A DNA stretch of 32,000 nt from the NCBI GenBank assembly GCA_049974095.1, contig JBMFJD010000004.1:30001-62000 (forward strand). The letters run 5' to 3'. The position numbers and the translations under genes were made by a program. This document shows positions 31,277-32,000 of this stretch, piece by piece. The notes under the pieces are model-generated. The model did not search any database. It saw only the letters and a list, made by a program, of their open reading frames with translations, and was not told where the DNA came from. Positions within the stretch are counted from its first letter, which is position 1, and the number at the start of each line of letters is the position of its first letter. The DNA comes from Nanopusillaceae archaeon. GTDB taxonomy: Archaea > Nanobdellota > Nanobdellia > Nanobdellales > Nanobdellaceae.

Positions 31277-32000
31277 ATGGATAATGATAAAAAGAAATAT
31301 CCAAATGAATTATTTAACAGACCTATAGGAAGTAGTACAAATCCTGCTATAGCAAATCAGTTACAAGCATTTTTTGAAAAAGTTAGAGCAGGATATCCTG
31401 CTGTAGAAATTCAAACATTTTCATTTTATTCAAGAGAAGGACAAGCAGGATGGGCAGATATACCAAAAATTATTTTTGAAGAAATTGCAAGATCTGCAAA
31501 AATAAATAATGTCCAGTTATCTATACATGCTCCAGAACAGGATTTTCAAATAGCAGGTACTCCAGATAGAGAACTAAATATAAGTAAAGATTATAAAAAA
31601 GATAGTGCATATAAGATATCTTCAGTATTAGAAGCTGCAGAAACTATGTCAAAAATATATGGCCAACCAATAAAGGTAAATATGCATGCTGGGGATACTA
31701 CTTTAACAATTTGGGATAAAGATTTTGAAGAAAAAGTAAAAGAAAAATTGATATATGATTATAATTATAGAAAAGAATTTATAGAAAAATTATATAGAAT
31801 GGGATTTATTACTGAAGAGCAATATAATATTTTAACTAAAAATAATATTGATAGAGAAACATTAGAAAAAAATATTCCATCCTGGGCTTTTGCAAAATCT
31901 GAAGGAATATATTATAGAATAAATGGTGATGATATATTTAGTAAATTTGCTTCTCCATTTACAAGAGGAGTCGAAAGAGCAATTGGAGAAGTTGAAAGAG
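31277..32000 (+). CDS. Partial CDS (3' end outside window), possibly a xylose-isomerase-like TIM-barrel protein
   Basis: Not in the ORF track because it runs off the window. It starts at ATG 31277 and stays open for 241 codons (MDNDKKKYPNELFNRPIG...). VEIQTF..., LSIHAPEQD and VNMHAGD resemble the metal-binding strands of the AP-endonuclease-2/sugar isomerase TIM-barrel family. Confidence 0.45.
   Translation, partial: MDNDKKKYPNELFNRPIGSSTNPAIANQLQAFFEKVRAGYPAVEIQTFSFYSREGQAGWADIPKIIFEEIARSAKINNVQLSIHAPEQDFQIAGTPDRELNISKDYKKDSAYKISSVLEAAETMSKIYGQPIKVNMHAGDTTLTIWDKDFEEKVKEKLIYDYNYRKEFIEKLYRMGFITEEQYNILTKNNIDRETLEKNIPSWAFAKSEGIYYRINGDDIFSKFASPFTRGVERAIGEVER

Noticed and set aside
1-32000. I searched for CRISPR arrays, cas genes, split tRNA halves and tRNA introns, which might be expected in a Nanoarchaeota-like genome.
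   Set aside because: I saw no regularly spaced direct repeats. All three tRNAs fold as continuous, intron-less cloverleafs. The only other GC-rich islands are the 5S gene and the 3296-3358 element, which has no T-arm or acceptor-like sequence.

Overview
Very AT-rich, tightly packed archaeal sequence: many 1-40 nt gene overlaps, short intergenic spacers, and GC-rich islands only at structural RNA genes. This pattern fits a thermophile with a reduced genome. The gene content is archaeal: r-proteins S19e, L37ae, L32e, S4e and L40e, plus GatD, Spt4, Rpo7, RpoP, Pcc1, Pth2, Rpp21 and a fused PriS-PriL primase. Together with a broken-up ribosomal-protein operon and an unlinked 5S gene, this suggests a DPANN/Nanoarchaeota-like symbiont; that placement is inference only. 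I call about 50 CDS, 3 tRNAs (Ala-GGC, Gly-UCC, Ser-CGA; none with an intron or encoded CCA), one 5S rRNA and three C/D box sRNA candidates that the ORF track does not show. Most of the window is translation, transcription or replication housekeeping. Six things stand out. (1) At 5574-10189, a HerA/FtsK-type ATPase is translationally coupled to a 703-aa Asn/Tyr-rich protein loaded with N-glycosylation sequons and to three small pilin-like proteins, with no canonical type IV pilus ATPase or platform gene present. This is my best candidate for an undescribed envelope, attachment or translocation system. (2) The RNase P protein Rpp21 reading frame runs through the entire 5S rRNA gene on the same strand. 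(3) A textbook C/D box sRNA sits on the 5' end of a DUF488 gene, and one of its guides is antisense to the extreme 5' end of SSU rRNA. (4) Two more C/D sRNAs show a paired U.U to A.A box change. (5) Two enzyme folds appear to have lost their catalytic residues. (6) There are orphan genes: a 558-aa helical protein and a tandem paralog pair. I saw no CRISPR array, integrase, transposase or recognisable defence gene.
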